NCBI GenBank assembly: GCA_964506945.1
Contig: CAZDOC010000003.1
Location: forward strand, 65,142-129,141
Direction: 5' to 3'
Source of the DNA: an uncultured Gammaproteobacteria bacterium
Lineage (GTDB): Bacteria; Pseudomonadota; Gammaproteobacteria; CAZDOC01
DNA: 64,000 nucleotides
Below, piece by piece: positions 31,634 through 43,509 of this stretch. The stretch's first letter is position 1. Each line of letters begins with the position of its first letter. Below the pieces are notes generated by a model, which did not search any database, was not told the DNA's origin, and saw only the letters and a list, made by a program, of their open reading frames with translations. The translations under genes and the position numbers were made by a program.

Positions 31634-32865
31634 GTCAACCTCGTCGGGACGGGGCCAGATTTGTCCATCTTCGTGTAAACCGGCATCAGCAGGAAGAAGG
31701 CGAAATACAATACCGAGAAGATCCGCGCCAGCATTGTCAGCGTCGGGGTCGGCGGCTGCGTACCCAGCCAGCCCAGGAACAGGAAGCTGATCACGAACAC
31801 CGTCAGGGCCAGGCGGTAGAGAATACCGCGATAGCGTATCGACTTGACCGGGTCCCGATCCAGCCAGGGCAGCAGGAAGAACACGCCCACGGCGCCGCCC
31901 ATGGCGATCACCCCCATGAGTTTGTCTGGCACCGCGCGCAGGATGGCGTAGAACGGGGTGAAATACCATACCGGGGCGATATGCGGCGGGGTCTTCAGCG
32001 GGTTGGCCGGGATGAAATTATTGTCCTCCAGGAACCATCCGCCCATTTGCGGCAAAAAGAACACCACGGCCAGGAAGAAGATCAGGAACACGCCCACGCC
32101 AAAGATGTCCTTGACCGTGTAATACGGGTGGAAGGGGATGCCATCCAGCGGGATACCGTCGGCACCCTTGTTGGCCTTGATCTCGATGCCATCCGGATTA
32201 TTGGAACCGACCTCGTGCAGGGCCAGCACATGCACCACCACCAGGCCGCACAGCACCAGCGGCACGGCGATCACATGGAAGGCGAAGAAGCGGTTCAGGG
32301 TCACATCGGAGACCACGAAATCTCCGCGGATCCAGGTGGAAAGAAAATCACCGATGCCGAACGGGATGGCCCCGAACAGTGAGATGATCACCTGCGCGCC
32401 CCAGTAGGACATCTGTCCCCAGGGCAGCAGATAGCCCATGAAGGCCTCGGCCATCAGGGTCAGGTAGATCACCATGCCGGTAATCCACAGCAGTTCCCTG
32501 GGCTGCTTGTAGGAACCGTACATCAGGGCCCGGAACATGTGCAGGTAGATGACGATGAAGAAGGCCGAAGCGCCGGTCGAGTGCAGGTAGCGGATCAGCC
32601 AGCCCCAGTCCACGTCGCGCATGATGTATTCCACCGAGGCAAAGGCCTCGCTGGCGTCCGGCTTGTAGTTCATGGTCAGCCAGATGCCGGTCAGGATCTG
32701 CAACACCAGCACCATCAGCGCCAGGGAGCCGAAGAAATACCAGAAATTGAAATTCTTCGGTGCGTAATACTCGGCCAGATGTTCGTTCCACATCTTGGTC
32801 AGTGGAAAACGCTTGTCCACCCAGCCCAGCAGGGCTTCCAGTCTGGAGTTCGAGGTACTCATCAT
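31630..32865 (-). CDS. petB: Ubiquinol-cytochrome c reductase cytochrome b subunit
   Basis: 411-aa polytopic protein with cytochrome b N/C signatures (WNEHLAEYYAPKNFNFWYFFGSLAL). Confidence 0.92.
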   Translation of the reverse strand: MMSTSNSRLEALLGWVDKRFPLTKMWNEHLAEYYAPKNFNFWYFFGSLALMVLVLQILTGIWLTMNYKPDASEAFASVEYIMRDVDWGWLIRYLHSTGASAFFIVIYLHMFRALMYGSYKQPRELLWITGMVIYLTLMAEAFMGYLLPWGQMSYWGAQVIISLFGAIPFGIGDFLSTWIRGDFVVSDVTLNRFFAFHVIAVPLVLCGLVVVHVLALHEVGSNNPDGIEIKANKGADGIPLDGIPFHPYYTVKDIFGVGVFLIFFLAVVFFLPQMGGWFLEDNNFIPANPLKTPPHIAPVWYFTPFYAILRAVPDKLMGVIAMGGAVGVFFLLPWLDRDPVKSIRYRGILYRLALTVFVISFLFLGWLGTQPPTPTLTMLARIFSVLYFAFFLLMPVYTKMDKSGPVPTRLT

Positions 32866-33455
32866 GTGGCTCCTTTGTCGACACCGATCTGAATTATCGT
32901 ATCGCTGACGTAGTGATAGGGTGGAACGACCAGATTGGTCGGGGCCGGCACCCCCTTGTGTACGCGTCCCGCCAGATCGAAGCGCGAACCATGGCAGGGA
33001 CAGAAGAATCCCGCGTACCAGGCGGGGCCGAGGTTATTGGGGGTACCCGGCGGAAAGTACTTAGGCGAACATCCCAGATGGGTGCAGATCCCGATCAGGA
33101 CCAGATACTCCGGCTTGATGGAGCGATAGTCATTCTTGGCATAGGGGGGCTGTTGATCCACTTCCGAGGCGGGATCACGCAGGTCGCCGGTATCCTTGCG
33201 CAGGTGGTCGAGTTCGTCCTGTGTGCGCCGCACCACCCAGATCGGTTTGCCACGCCACTTGCCGACGATCATCTGTTCCGGCTCGAGCTTGCTGATATCG
33301 ATCTCGATAGGCCCCCCCATCGCCTTGGCGCGCTCACTCGGCTGCATCGACGCCAGGAATGGCACCGCCGCGAACGCGCCGCCCACCCCGCCGACCACGA
33401 CCGTAGCCGCGGTCAGGAAACGGCGTCTGTTGGAATCCACGCCATCATTGCTCAT
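32862..33455 (-). CDS. petA: Ubiquinol-cytochrome c reductase Rieske iron-sulfur subunit
   Basis: Tat-like RRRFLTAAT signal; CTHLGC and CPCHGS Rieske boxes. Confidence 0.92.
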   Translation of the reverse strand: MSNDGVDSNRRRFLTAATVVVGGVGGAFAAVPFLASMQPSERAKAMGGPIEIDISKLEPEQMIVGKWRGKPIWVVRRTQDELDHLRKDTGDLRDPASEVDQQPPYAKNDYRSIKPEYLVLIGICTHLGCSPKYFPPGTPNNLGPAWYAGFFCPCHGSRFDLAGRVHKGVPAPTNLVVPPYHYVSDTIIQIGVDKGAT

Positions 33456-33513
33456 TGGCAAATCTCCAAATAGGCTGAAAACAGGCTGGCCGCACCCCGC
33501 CAGCATTATCAAT

Positions 33514-33542
33514 TCTGAATTTTTTATTATAACATTATTCAG
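33514..33542 (-). promoter_or_regulatory. Candidate petABC promoter: perfect -10 TATAAT embedded in an inverted repeat TCTGAAT-N15-ATTCAGA
   Basis: Minus strand reads TCTGAATAATGTTATAATAAAAAATTCAGA about 60 nt upstream of petA start; AT-rich island in GC-rich DNA. Confidence 0.45.
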
Positions 33543-33792
33543 ACCATTCTTGCGCGCCGGGGGATCTTATTTCTCGCCTGTCCGCCAATCCGGGCGCAAG
33601 GGCCGGGGCCTGTCCCGGACGGGGCCGGCAGACGCCTCCATCCCGTGGGCCACCCACCCACAACTTCGCTGATCCGGGGTCAAGGAAGAGGAAGCAAGCC
33701 GGGATCCGCGCGCACCGATGCCGCGCATGAACGCGCCGGCGCGGCGCCTCAGTGAATGCCGATGATTTGAGCCGACCTGACCACGAGCCTAC

Positions 33793-34896
33793 ATGAAGCC
33801 CCATCGCCACCTGCCATTCCTGTTACAGAGCCTCATCGCGGGGCTGGCCATCGCCTTCGTGGCCGTGGTCCTGAAACCCTCGCTACTGGGTCCTGCGGCC
33901 AGCCGGACGGGGGCCATGAACGGCGGTTTCGCCAGTGCGGTGGCCCTTGCCGCCCCTACCGTCGTCAATATCTATACATCGAAGCTCGACCGCCGGCGGG
34001 ACAATCCCCTCCTGCGTGATCCGCTGTTCCGGCGTTTTTTCGGCGACAAACTGCCAGAGCCCGGCAACCTCAAGCAATCCAGTCTCGGTTCCGGGGTGAT
34101 CGTCAGCGAGGACGGTTACATCCTCACCAATCACCATGTCATCCGGGGCGCGGATGCCATCGAGGTGGCCCTGTATGATGGCCGTCTGGCCCAGGCCACC
34201 GTGGTCGGCACCGACCCGGAGAGCGACCTGGCGGTACTGCGTATCGAGCTGTCGCACTTGCCGCGGATCACCATCGAGACCGGCACCAAACCCCGGGTGG
34301 GAGATATCGTCCTGGCCATTGGCAATCCCTTCGGCGTAGGCCAGACCGTGACCCAGGGCATCATCAGCGCCACCGGCCGCAACCGCCTGGGCATCAACAC
34401 CTTCGAAAATTTCATTCAGACCGATGCCGCCATCAACCCCGGTAATTCCGGGGGCGCCCTGATCAATACCCGTGGCGAGCTGCTCGGCATCAACACCGCC
34501 ATCTTCTCCGAAAACGGTGGCTATCAAGGCATCGGTTTCGCCATCCCCATGGGTATCGCCAGCAATGTGCTGCAACAGATCATCGACCATGGCCGGGTGA
34601 TCCGGGGCTGGCTGGGATTACAGGTACGGGATATCACCGTACATGGGGATCTGGCGGCGCGGCTCGGACGCCGGCGCGCGGTCCTGGTCGTCGGCGTACT
34701 GGCGGAGGGACCGGCACTGCAGGCCGGACTGCGGGCCGGGGACATCCTTGCCGGCATCGCGAAGCAAGCGATCCGTGACTCGCGCCAGGCCATCGATCTG
34801 ATCTCCAGCCTGTCACCCGGCACGCTGACCCGGATTGCGCTGCTGCGTGACGGGGTGCCGATAACCGTACGGGCGCGCATCGGCAAGCGCCCCTGA
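33793..34896 (+). CDS. degS: Periplasmic serine endoprotease, DegS-like (trypsin fold and single PDZ, N-terminal membrane anchor)
   Basis: Catalytic-triad motifs (HH in TNHHVI, GNSGGAL), one PDZ domain, single N-terminal TM helix. Confidence 0.85.
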   Translation: MKPHRHLPFLLQSLIAGLAIAFVAVVLKPSLLGPAASRTGAMNGGFASAVALAAPTVVNIYTSKLDRRRDNPLLRDPLFRRFFGDKLPEPGNLKQSSLGSGVIVSEDGYILTNHHVIRGADAIEVALYDGRLAQATVVGTDPESDLAVLRIELSHLPRITIETGTKPRVGDIVLAIGNPFGVGQTVTQGIISATGRNRLGINTFENFIQTDAAINPGNSGGALINTRGELLGINTAIFSENGGYQGIGFAIPMGIASNVLQQIIDHGRVIRGWLGLQVRDITVHGDLAARLGRRRAVLVVGVLAEGPALQAGLRAGDILAGIAKQAIRDSRQAIDLISSLSPGTLTRIALLRDGVPITVRARIGKRP

Positions 34897-34912
34897 CCCT
34901 CGCGCGCCGGCC

Positions 34913-35998
34913 TCAGTCCAGCGCCTGCCGCAAGGCTTCCAGAAAGAGGCGGTTTTCCTCGCCGGTGGAGACCGTCACGCGCAGACAATTCGCCAGTAGC
35001 GGATGCGCGCCGTGCAGGTTCCTGAGCAGGATCCCCCGCGCCTTGAGGGCCTCATCCACGGCCGGGGCATCGCTCACCCGCAGGAGCAGGAAATTGGCCC
35101 GGCTGGGCCACACCCGCACCCCGGGCATGGCCGCCAGTTGCCGATAGAGCCATTCCCGATCGCCCCGGATCCGGGCCGCCTGTTCATCCAGCACCCCGGC
35201 ATGCTGGAGGATGAAGCCGGCGCTGGCCTGGGAGAGGACGTTGATATTATAGGGCAGACGCAGCTTGTTCAGCTCCGCCAGCCACTGCGGGGCGCCCGCC
35301 AGGACTCCGATGCGCAGGCCGGCCAGGCCCACCTTGGACAGGGTCCGCATCACCAGCAGGCGGGGATGATCGGGCAGATCGCCCATGAAGGTCTCGCCGG
35401 CGAAGCTGTGATAGGCCTCGTCCAGCACCACCAGGCCGGGCGCCGCGGCAAGGATCCGCAGCACGGCCTCGCGATCCAGCAGGTTGCCGGTGGGGTTATT
35501 GGGACAGGCCAGGAACACCACCGCCGGCTGGCACTCGGCGATCGCGGCCAGCATGTCCTCGACATCGAGGGCGAAATCATCCGCTCGCAAAGGCACGCCA
35601 CGGTACTCCAGGCCCGTCACCCGGGCGATCAACGGATACATCGCGAAGCCGGGTTCCGGCGCCAGCAGGGTGCGGCCGGGACCGGCCAGCGCCAGCGCCA
35701 CCATCTGGATCAGTTCATCGGAGCCATTACCGAGCAGCAGTTCACTGCCGTCAGGAACCTCCAGCCAGTCGCGCAGGCGGGTCTTCAGGCTGGCGGCCTC
35801 CGGATCCGGGTAGCGGTTCAGCTGGACCCCGCGCAGAACCTCCAGCCATTCATCCAGCAGGGCCTGGGGCAAGGTGTAGGGATTCTCCATCGCATCCAGC
35901 TTTACATAACCGCCGGCATCATGCACCCGGTATGCGGCCAGACTGCGAATGGCGGGGCGCACCCAGCGTTCGATCGCTGCGGCCGCCAGCGCCCGCAT
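34913..35998 (-). CDS. hisC: Histidinol-phosphate aminotransferase
   Basis: Class II aminotransferase; LDAMENPY...; PLP-Lys region LSKVGLAGLRIG; his operon position. Confidence 0.88.
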   Translation of the reverse strand: MRALAAAAIERWVRPAIRSLAAYRVHDAGGYVKLDAMENPYTLPQALLDEWLEVLRGVQLNRYPDPEAASLKTRLRDWLEVPDGSELLLGNGSDELIQMVALALAGPGRTLLAPEPGFAMYPLIARVTGLEYRGVPLRADDFALDVEDMLAAIAECQPAVVFLACPNNPTGNLLDREAVLRILAAAPGLVVLDEAYHSFAGETFMGDLPDHPRLLVMRTLSKVGLAGLRIGVLAGAPQWLAELNKLRLPYNINVLSQASAGFILQHAGVLDEQAARIRGDREWLYRQLAAMPGVRVWPSRANFLLLRVSDAPAVDEALKARGILLRNLHGAHPLLANCLRVTVSTGEENRLFLEALRQALD

Positions 35999-35999
35999 C

Positions 36000-37307
36000 T
36001 CAGTCCCGCGGGACACCGAGCCGGTACTCGGCCGAGCGTGCATGCGCGGTCAGGGATTCACCACGCGCCAGGGTCGCGGCCACCGCCCCCAGGGTTCGGG
36101 CCCCGTCCGCGGAGCAGTGGATCAAGGATGAGCGTTTCTGGAAATCGTACACCCCCAGAGGCGAGGAAAAACGCGCCGTGCGCGCGGTGGGCAGCACATG
36201 GTTGGGGCCGGCGCAATAATCACCCAGGGCCTCGGCGGTGTAACGGCCCATGAAGATGGCGCCGGCATGCCGAATGGCCGGCAACATGGCCTCGGGATCG
36301 GCCACCGACAACTCCAGGTGCTCGGGGGCGATACGGTTGATAATCCGTACGGCCTCATCCAGATCCCGGACCTGGATCAGGGCGCCACGGCCCTCCAGCG
36401 ACCGACGGATGATCCCGGCGCGCTCCATTCGTGGCTGCAGCCTGTCGATGGCCTCCGCGACACGGTCCAGGAACGCGCCATCCGGCGAGATCAGGATGGC
36501 CTGGGCATCCTCGTCATGTTCTGCCTGCGAGAACAGGTCCATCGCAATCCAGTCCGCATCGGTGTCACCGTCACACACGACCAGGATCTCCGACGGCCCG
36601 GCAATCATGTCGATACCGACGGCGCCGAACACCATGCCCTTGGCCGTGGCCACATAGATATTCCCGGGACCGACGATCTTGTCCACCCTCGGGACCAGCG
36701 CGGTGCCATAGGCCAGCGCGGCCACGGCCTGGGCGCCACCGATGCTGAATACGCGGTCCACCCCGGCCACCGCCGCGGCCGCCAGCACGATCGGCTCCAG
36801 CTGGTCGTCGGGGGCCGGCACCACCATGATGACCTCATCGACACCGGCGACCCTCGCCGGGATCACGTTCATCAGCACCGACGAGGGATAGGCCGCCTTG
36901 CCGCCGGGAACATACACCCCGACCCGGTCCATCGGCGTGATCTGCTGGCCGAGCATGGTGCCGTCGGCCTCCTCGTAACGCCAGGATCCCTGTACCTGGT
37001 GCTGGTGATAGGCGCGAATACGCTCGCTGGCGAATTCCAGCGCCGTGCGGATCTCCGCATCGATACCGGCCAGGGCCGCGTCGATGGCCGGGCGCGGGAT
37101 CTCCATCGACGACGCCTGTGAGAGTTCGCGCCGGTCGAAGCGGTTGGTGTATTCCAGCAAGGCCTGGTCGCCGCGGCGGCGGATATCATCGAGGATCCCG
37201 CGCACGGTGCTCTGGATGCCGGCATCGATATCGGCGTCCCAGCTCAGCAGCCGTTCCAGGGCCGGGTCGAAATCCTCGGCGCAGGTGTGCAGACGGGTCA
37301 GATTCAT
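36000..37307 (-). CDS. hisD: Histidinol dehydrogenase
   Basis: About 436 aa starting MNLTRL; conserved HisD motifs ([30 protein letters not shown]); track ORF is upstream-extended. Confidence 0.9.
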   Translation of the reverse strand: MNLTRLHTCAEDFDPALERLLSWDADIDAGIQSTVRGILDDIRRRGDQALLEYTNRFDRRELSQASSMEIPRPAIDAALAGIDAEIRTALEFASERIRAYHQHQVQGSWRYEEADGTMLGQQITPMDRVGVYVPGGKAAYPSSVLMNVIPARVAGVDEVIMVVPAPDDQLEPIVLAAAAVAGVDRVFSIGGAQAVAALAYGTALVPRVDKIVGPGNIYVATAKGMVFGAVGIDMIAGPSEILVVCDGDTDADWIAMDLFSQAEHDEDAQAILISPDGAFLDRVAEAIDRLQPRMERAGIIRRSLEGRGALIQVRDLDEAVRIINRIAPEHLELSVADPEAMLPAIRHAGAIFMGRYTAEALGDYCAGPNHVLPTARTARFSSPLGVYDFQKRSSLIHCSADGARTLGAVAATLARGESLTAHARSAEYRLGVPRD

Positions 37308-37951
37308 GGGCGTACCTCCACCGCCTCGCGCAACTGCCCGATGAGGCGCTTCACCGCCGGCGCTTTCATCTTCATCGAGGCCTTGTTGACCACCAGCCGC
37401 GAGCTGATATCGGCGATCAACCGCAACGGCACCAGGCCGTTGGCCTTGAGGGTATTGCCGGTGTCCACCAGGTCCACGATGCAGTCGGCGAGGCCGACGA
37501 TGGGAGCCAGTTCCATGGAACCGTACAACTTGATCACCTCGACCTGGGTCCCCTGGGCCGCAAACCAGCGCCGGGCGGTAGCCGTGTATTTGGTCGCCAC
37601 GCGCAAGCGCGTGCTGCCGTCCAGGGCATCGGCCTTGCCGGCCACCATCAGGCGGCACCGGGCAATCCCCAGGTCCAGGGGTTCATACAGTCCGGCGCCG
37701 GCGTATTCCATCAGCACGTCCTTGCCGGCCACCCCCAGATCGGCGGCGCCGTATTCCACATAGGTGGGCACGTCGGTGGCGCGTATCACCACCAGTTTCA
37801 CGTCCGCGCGGGTGGTCGGCAGGATGAGCTTGCGAGAGACATCCGGATCCTCGGTCGGCTCGATGCCGGCCGCCGCCAGCAGGGGCAGGGTCTCCTTGAG
37901 GATGCGGCCCTTGGACAGGGCGATGGTGATGGCTTTGTCCCGTGTACTCAT
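37304..37951 (-). CDS. hisG: ATP phosphoribosyltransferase (short form, HisZ-dependent)
   Basis: 215 aa, [18 protein letters not shown]...[14 protein letters not shown]. Confidence 0.9.
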   Translation of the reverse strand: MSTRDKAITIALSKGRILKETLPLLAAAGIEPTEDPDVSRKLILPTTRADVKLVVIRATDVPTYVEYGAADLGVAGKDVLMEYAGAGLYEPLDLGIARCRLMVAGKADALDGSTRLRVATKYTATARRWFAAQGTQVEVIKLYGSMELAPIVGLADCIVDLVDTGNTLKANGLVPLRLIADISSRLVVNKASMKMKAPAVKRLIGQLREAVEVRP

Positions 37952-37970
37952 GTTCGTCCGTCAGGGCCGC

Positions 37971-39239
<1,269 letters not shown>

Positions 39240-39488
39240 TCAAAAACTCTGCAGGCGACTGACCGAGGCCCACTGCTCCGGGGTATAGGCACGAATCGAC
39301 AGGGCATGTATCTCGTCCTGCATGGCATTCCCCAGACAGGCATAGACGCGCTGATGCCGCTGCACCATGGACTCACCGGAAAAGACCTCGCTGACCACCA
39401 CGGCCTCGAAATGACTGCCATCACCGCGCACCCGTACCTCGGCGCCAGCCAGACCGGACTCGATCATGTTCTTAATCTGCTCACTCGT
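39240..39488 (-). CDS. ibaG: BolA-family protein IbaG/YrbA
   Basis: About 83 aa, GDGSHFEAVVVSEVFSG BolA motif; conserved between murA and mlaB. Confidence 0.8.
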   Translation of the reverse strand, partial: TSEQIKNMIESGLAGAEVRVRGDGSHFEAVVVSEVFSGESMVQRHQRVYACLGNAMQDEIHALSIRAYTPEQWASVSRLQSF

Positions 39489-39607
39489 CATCGCTACGCC
39501 TAGCACATGGACAGGGGGGCGCAAGCATACCGGCGGCGACCGCGCTTGTCACCTCCGCGCAGAACCCGTCCCGGGAAGGCGCGTCATCGGCGCCATGGGC
39601 GACACCG

Positions 39608-39904
39608 TCAGGCCGGGTTCAACACCGATTCCAGGCCACAGACCCGGGCCAGGGACATGATATCATCGGGAATATTGTGGAAGCGGATGTCACCCCCGCT
39701 GGCGCGGGCCTCGCGCAACCACTCCAGCAACAGGCCGAGGCCGGCGCTGTCCATCTCGCCAACCGCGGCCAGATCGGCATCGCAGCGACAGGAGCGACCC
39801 ATCAGTTCATGGGATTGCTCCAGCAGATCGGGCACGGTATCGAAATTGAGATCGCCGCTGACGAGCCAATGATCGCCCTGTTTCTGGATCCTGGGTTCAG
39901 TCAC
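39608..39904 (-). CDS. mlaB: STAS-domain lipid asymmetry protein MlaB
   Basis: 98-aa STAS protein in mlaFEDCB order. Confidence 0.8.
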   Translation of the reverse strand: MTEPRIQKQGDHWLVSGDLNFDTVPDLLEQSHELMGRSCRCDADLAAVGEMDSAGLGLLLEWLREARASGGDIRFHNIPDDIMSLARVCGLESVLNPA

Positions 39905-40517
39905 TGGCTCGGGAGGCGTGATTCTTTGCCACCAGGCTGGAGATCAGGCCGTTGATGCCCGACTTCTTGATGGTGGCGGCGAAGGAATTGCGATAGGTGG
40001 AAACCAGACTGACGCCGTCGATGGCGACATCGAACACCTTCCAGCCCTGCTTGCTCGGATACATGCGATAGTTGATCGGCACCTTGCTGCTGCTGGACTG
40101 CTCGATCACGGTCTTGACAGTGACGGACTTGGCTCCGGACTTGGCATGTATCGGCAGATACTTGATGGTCTGATCGGAATATTCCAGCAGGGCCGTGGCA
40201 TAGGTCCGCACCAGCAGCTTGCGGAACTCGTCCACGAACTGCGCCTGCTGCTGCTTGCTGGCCTTGCGCCAGTATTTGCCCAGCACCCATCGGGACATCC
40301 GCTGGAAGTCGAAATGCGGGATGATCAATTCATCCACCAGCCGGTGCAGACGCGCCGGATCCTTTCTCAAGGCATCACGATCGTCCTTGACCTTGGCGAT
40401 GACCTTATCGGCCGTCGTCTGTACCAATGTCCTGGCGCCTTCGGCGGGCATCGCCAGGCTAACCGAACTCAGAACCAGCAACACCAGCGAGACCACGCCA
40501 TATTGAAACTTATGCAT
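39897..40517 (-). CDS. mlaC: Periplasmic phospholipid-binding protein MlaC (Ttg2D/Tol_Tol_Ttg2 family)
   Basis: Signal peptide and toluene-tolerance Ttg2 family sequence. Confidence 0.85.
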   Translation of the reverse strand: MHKFQYGVVSLVLLVLSSVSLAMPAEGARTLVQTTADKVIAKVKDDRDALRKDPARLHRLVDELIIPHFDFQRMSRWVLGKYWRKASKQQQAQFVDEFRKLLVRTYATALLEYSDQTIKYLPIHAKSGAKSVTVKTVIEQSSSSKVPINYRMYPSKQGWKVFDVAIDGVSLVSTYRNSFAATIKKSGINGLISSLVAKNHASRASD

Positions 40518-40727
40518 TAGACAAACCTCCACACCCATCCATGTCGATTATTTCGTTCATATTATTGCGGCACGATACCAACAGACTTTAATCCCTTCCG
40601 CAGGCCCATGTTTTTCCTGCGCTTATCCTGATGCCACCTGCATCGGCGCGGCAAGACCAGCACGCTTTCCCGTGCAGCCGGTGATTATAGCCGCATTCGG
40701 CCCCGGGAGAAAAACCCGGCACTGGCC

Positions 40728-41210
40728 TCAGCCATCACCTCCGCCCTTGCCTTCCTGGGCCTTGCCATAGATAAACTGGCCGATGACCTGCTCCAGGACC
40801 ATGGCCGACTGGGTCAGGGTCAGACTGTCGCCGTCCTTCAGGTATTCCTCCTCGCCACCCGCCTCCAGGCTGATGTACTGCTCGCCCAGCAGACCGGCGG
40901 TAAAGACATTGGCGGTGCTGTCGGTCGGGATGCGGTTGTATTCCGGCCTGATGCGCAACACGGCCACGGCCTGATAGTTCTCCGAATCAAAACGGATATC
41001 CGCCACCCGTCCGATCACGACCCCGGCCATCTTCACCGGTGAACGCACCTTCAGGCCACCAATATTGTCGAACTCGGCCTTGACCTCGTAACCCTCGTCG
41101 CCGCCCAGGGAACTGAGATTGCTGACCTGCATCGCCAGCAGCAGCATCGCCGCCAGGCCAATGGCGATAAAGATCCCGACTATGGTTTCCGTCAATTTGC
41201 TGTTTAACAT
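40728..41210 (-). CDS. mlaD: MCE-domain protein MlaD
   Basis: N-terminal TM anchor and MCE domain (EVKAEFDNIGGLKVRSPVKMAGVVIGRV). Confidence 0.88.
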   Translation of the reverse strand: MLNSKLTETIVGIFIAIGLAAMLLLAMQVSNLSSLGGDEGYEVKAEFDNIGGLKVRSPVKMAGVVIGRVADIRFDSENYQAVAVLRIRPEYNRIPTDSTANVFTAGLLGEQYISLEAGGEEEYLKDGDSLTLTQSAMVLEQVIGQFIYGKAQEGKGGGDG

Positions 41211-41253
41211 TCCCGCTACTCCCATTGGCCCGGCGTTCCCCGCAGGCCTGCCG

Positions 41254-42033
41254 TTACTGGTTGAACATCATGGCCGTGAGGACGAAGTCCAGCGACAACA
41301 CCGCCAGCGAGGCATGCACTACCGTGCGGGTGGTGGCACGGCTGATGCCCTCGGAGGTCGGTACCGTATCATAGCCCTCGAAGACCGCTATCCAGGTCAC
41401 CACGAAGCCGAATACGGCGCTCTTGATGATGCCATTGACCACGTCGTCGTGGAAATCCACCGCCGCCTGCATCTGCGACCAATAGGCGCCGGTATCGACG
41501 CCCAGCAGACCCACGCCGACGAAATAGCCCCCGTAGACACCGAGGATACTGAAAACCGCCGCCAGCAGCGGCATCGACAGACTCCCGGCCAGGAGCCGGG
41601 GGGCCACCACCCGATGCAAGGGATCCACGGCCATCATCTCCATGGCCGAGAGTTGTTCGGTGGCCTTCATCAGGCCGATCTCGGCGGTCAGGGCGGATCC
41701 GGCCCGCCCGGCGAACAGCAGGGCCGCCACCACCGGCCCCAGCTCCCTGACCAGCGACAGCGCCACGACCACGCCCAGGTGCTCCTCGGCGCCAAAATCG
41801 ACCAGCGTATTGTAACCCTGCAGGCCCAGCACCATGCCCACGAACAGACCCGAGGCCAGGATGATCAACAGCGACAGCACACCGACGGAGAAGATCTGCT
41901 GCACCACCAGGCGCCAGCGCGGCAGCATCTCGGGCATGCCGCCCAGCACATAGAGCAGGAACAGGTGACCCCGTCCCAGGCGTTGAAAGAATCCCAGCCC
42001 CCAGCGCCCCAGCCATTGCAGCGCGGCCATCAC
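41254..42033 (-). CDS. mlaE: Phospholipid ABC transporter permease MlaE
   Basis: 259-aa polytopic permease with MlaE-like sequence. Confidence 0.9.
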   Translation of the reverse strand: MMAALQWLGRWGLGFFQRLGRGHLFLLYVLGGMPEMLPRWRLVVQQIFSVGVLSLLIILASGLFVGMVLGLQGYNTLVDFGAEEHLGVVVALSLVRELGPVVAALLFAGRAGSALTAEIGLMKATEQLSAMEMMAVDPLHRVVAPRLLAGSLSMPLLAAVFSILGVYGGYFVGVGLLGVDTGAYWSQMQAAVDFHDDVVNGIIKSAVFGFVVTWIAVFEGYDTVPTSEGISRATTRTVVHASLAVLSLDFVLTAMMFNQ

Positions 42034-42863
42034 GCATCCCTCCCGAGCAGGTCGTGATCCAGCGCCGGGGCCGGATAGTGAAATGGCACCGGTCCATCCG
42101 GCTGGGCATCCACGAACTGCCGCACCCAGGCGGAATCGCTGTGCGCGATCTCCTCCGGACTCCCCTGGCCGACGATCTTGCCCTGCGAGAGAATGAAGAC
42201 CCGATCGGCAATCGACAGGGTCTCCTGGACGTCGTGCGAGACCAGGATGCTGCTCAGACCCAGGGCATCGTTCATCAACCGGATCAGGCGCACCAGCACC
42301 CCCATCGAGATCGGATCCTGGCCGGTAAAGGGCTCATCGTACATGATCATCATCGGGTCCATGATCACCGCCCGCGCCAGTGCCGCGCGCCGGGCCATGC
42401 CGCCGGACAGTTCGCTGGCCATCAACTCGCGGGCCCCGCGCAGGCCCACGGCCTCCAGGCGCATCAGCACCAGATCACGGATGATCGACTCCGGCAGGCG
42501 GGTGTGTTCACGCAGGGGAAAGGCGATATTGTCGAAGACATTCAGATCGGTCAGCAGGGCGCCGCTCTGGAACAGCATGCCCATGCGCTTGCGCAGCTGC
42601 ATCAGATCCTTGCGCGAGAGCCGGGTCACGTCCTCGCCATCGACCACGATACTGCCGCTGTCGGGCCTGATCTGACCTCCGATCAGACGTAACAGGGTGG
42701 TCTTGCCGCAGCCGCTGGGCCCCATGATGGCCGAAATGCGGCCACGCGGAATATCGAGATCGACATCCTCGAAGATGGGGCGGTCTCCCCGGTAGAAGGT
42801 CAGGCCGCGGATTTTGACCAGCGGCTCGGCGCCGCCATTGTTATTGTTCATGGTCCGCATCAA
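42030..42863 (-). CDS. mlaF: Phospholipid ABC transporter ATP-binding protein MlaF
   Basis: Walker [13 protein letters not shown] signature [14 protein letters not shown]. Confidence 0.92.
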   Translation of the reverse strand: MMRTMNNNNGGAEPLVKIRGLTFYRGDRPIFEDVDLDIPRGRISAIMGPSGCGKTTLLRLIGGQIRPDSGSIVVDGEDVTRLSRKDLMQLRKRMGMLFQSGALLTDLNVFDNIAFPLREHTRLPESIIRDLVLMRLEAVGLRGARELMASELSGGMARRAALARAVIMDPMMIMYDEPFTGQDPISMGVLVRLIRLMNDALGLSSILVSHDVQETLSIADRVFILSQGKIVGQGSPEEIAHSDSAWVRQFVDAQPDGPVPFHYPAPALDHDLLGRDA

Positions 42864-42903
42864 TGAGACAAAGCCGTGATTGTCGGCGAGCCCGGGCCAC
42901 AGG

Positions 42904-43311
42904 TCAACCTGGGCCGGGCCGCGCCAGCGCGGAGTCGGTCAGCAGCTCGATCTTGTAGCCGTCCGGATCCTCGATGAAGGCGATCACGGTGGACCCGCCC
43001 TGCATCGGACCGGCCTCCCTGACGACCTTGCCGCCACGCTCGCGGATCCGTTCACAGGCGGCATAGACATCCGCCACACCGATGGCGATATGGCCATAGG
43101 CGTCACCCATTTCATAGTGATCCGTACCCCAGTTCCAGGTCAGTTCCAGCACCGCGCTGTCCTCTTCCGCGGCATAGCCGAGGAAGGCCAGGCTGAACTG
43201 CCCGTCCGGATAATCCTGGCGCCTCAGCAGGCGCATCTCCAGCACCCCGGTATAGAATGACAGCGCGGCCTCCAGATTCCGCACGCGCAACATGGTATGC
43301 ATGATTCGCAT
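42904..43311 (-). CDS. gloA: Lactoylglutathione lyase (glyoxalase I)
   Basis: MRIMHTMLRVRNLEAALSFY... near-collinear with enterobacterial GloA. Confidence 0.92.
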   Translation of the reverse strand: MRIMHTMLRVRNLEAALSFYTGVLEMRLLRRQDYPDGQFSLAFLGYAAEEDSAVLELTWNWGTDHYEMGDAYGHIAIGVADVYAACERIRERGGKVVREAGPMQGGSTVIAFIEDPDGYKIELLTDSALARPGPG

Positions 43312-43509
43312 CGACTTCCCTCCAGGCCTGTATGTGTTTGAATCCTACCGCTCCGGGCGCCGCGGGCACACCGGGGCGTGAACGACAGGGTAATCCCTGC
43401 CATCCTTCACAGCCAGCCCCAGCTGGATGCGGCGGGCCGGCCTGCCTCACTTCCCTGTGCGGTGCTGCAGCGGATCGCGGGCCATGGGAGCGCGCCCGGG
43501 CGTCACCCC

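Noticed and set aside
30908-31969. 353-aa petC ORF including 110 upstream residues
   Set aside because: The N-terminal 112 aa overlap the cytochrome b gene out of frame and lack signal-peptide character; the true cytochrome c1 starts at MNMKRI (31633)
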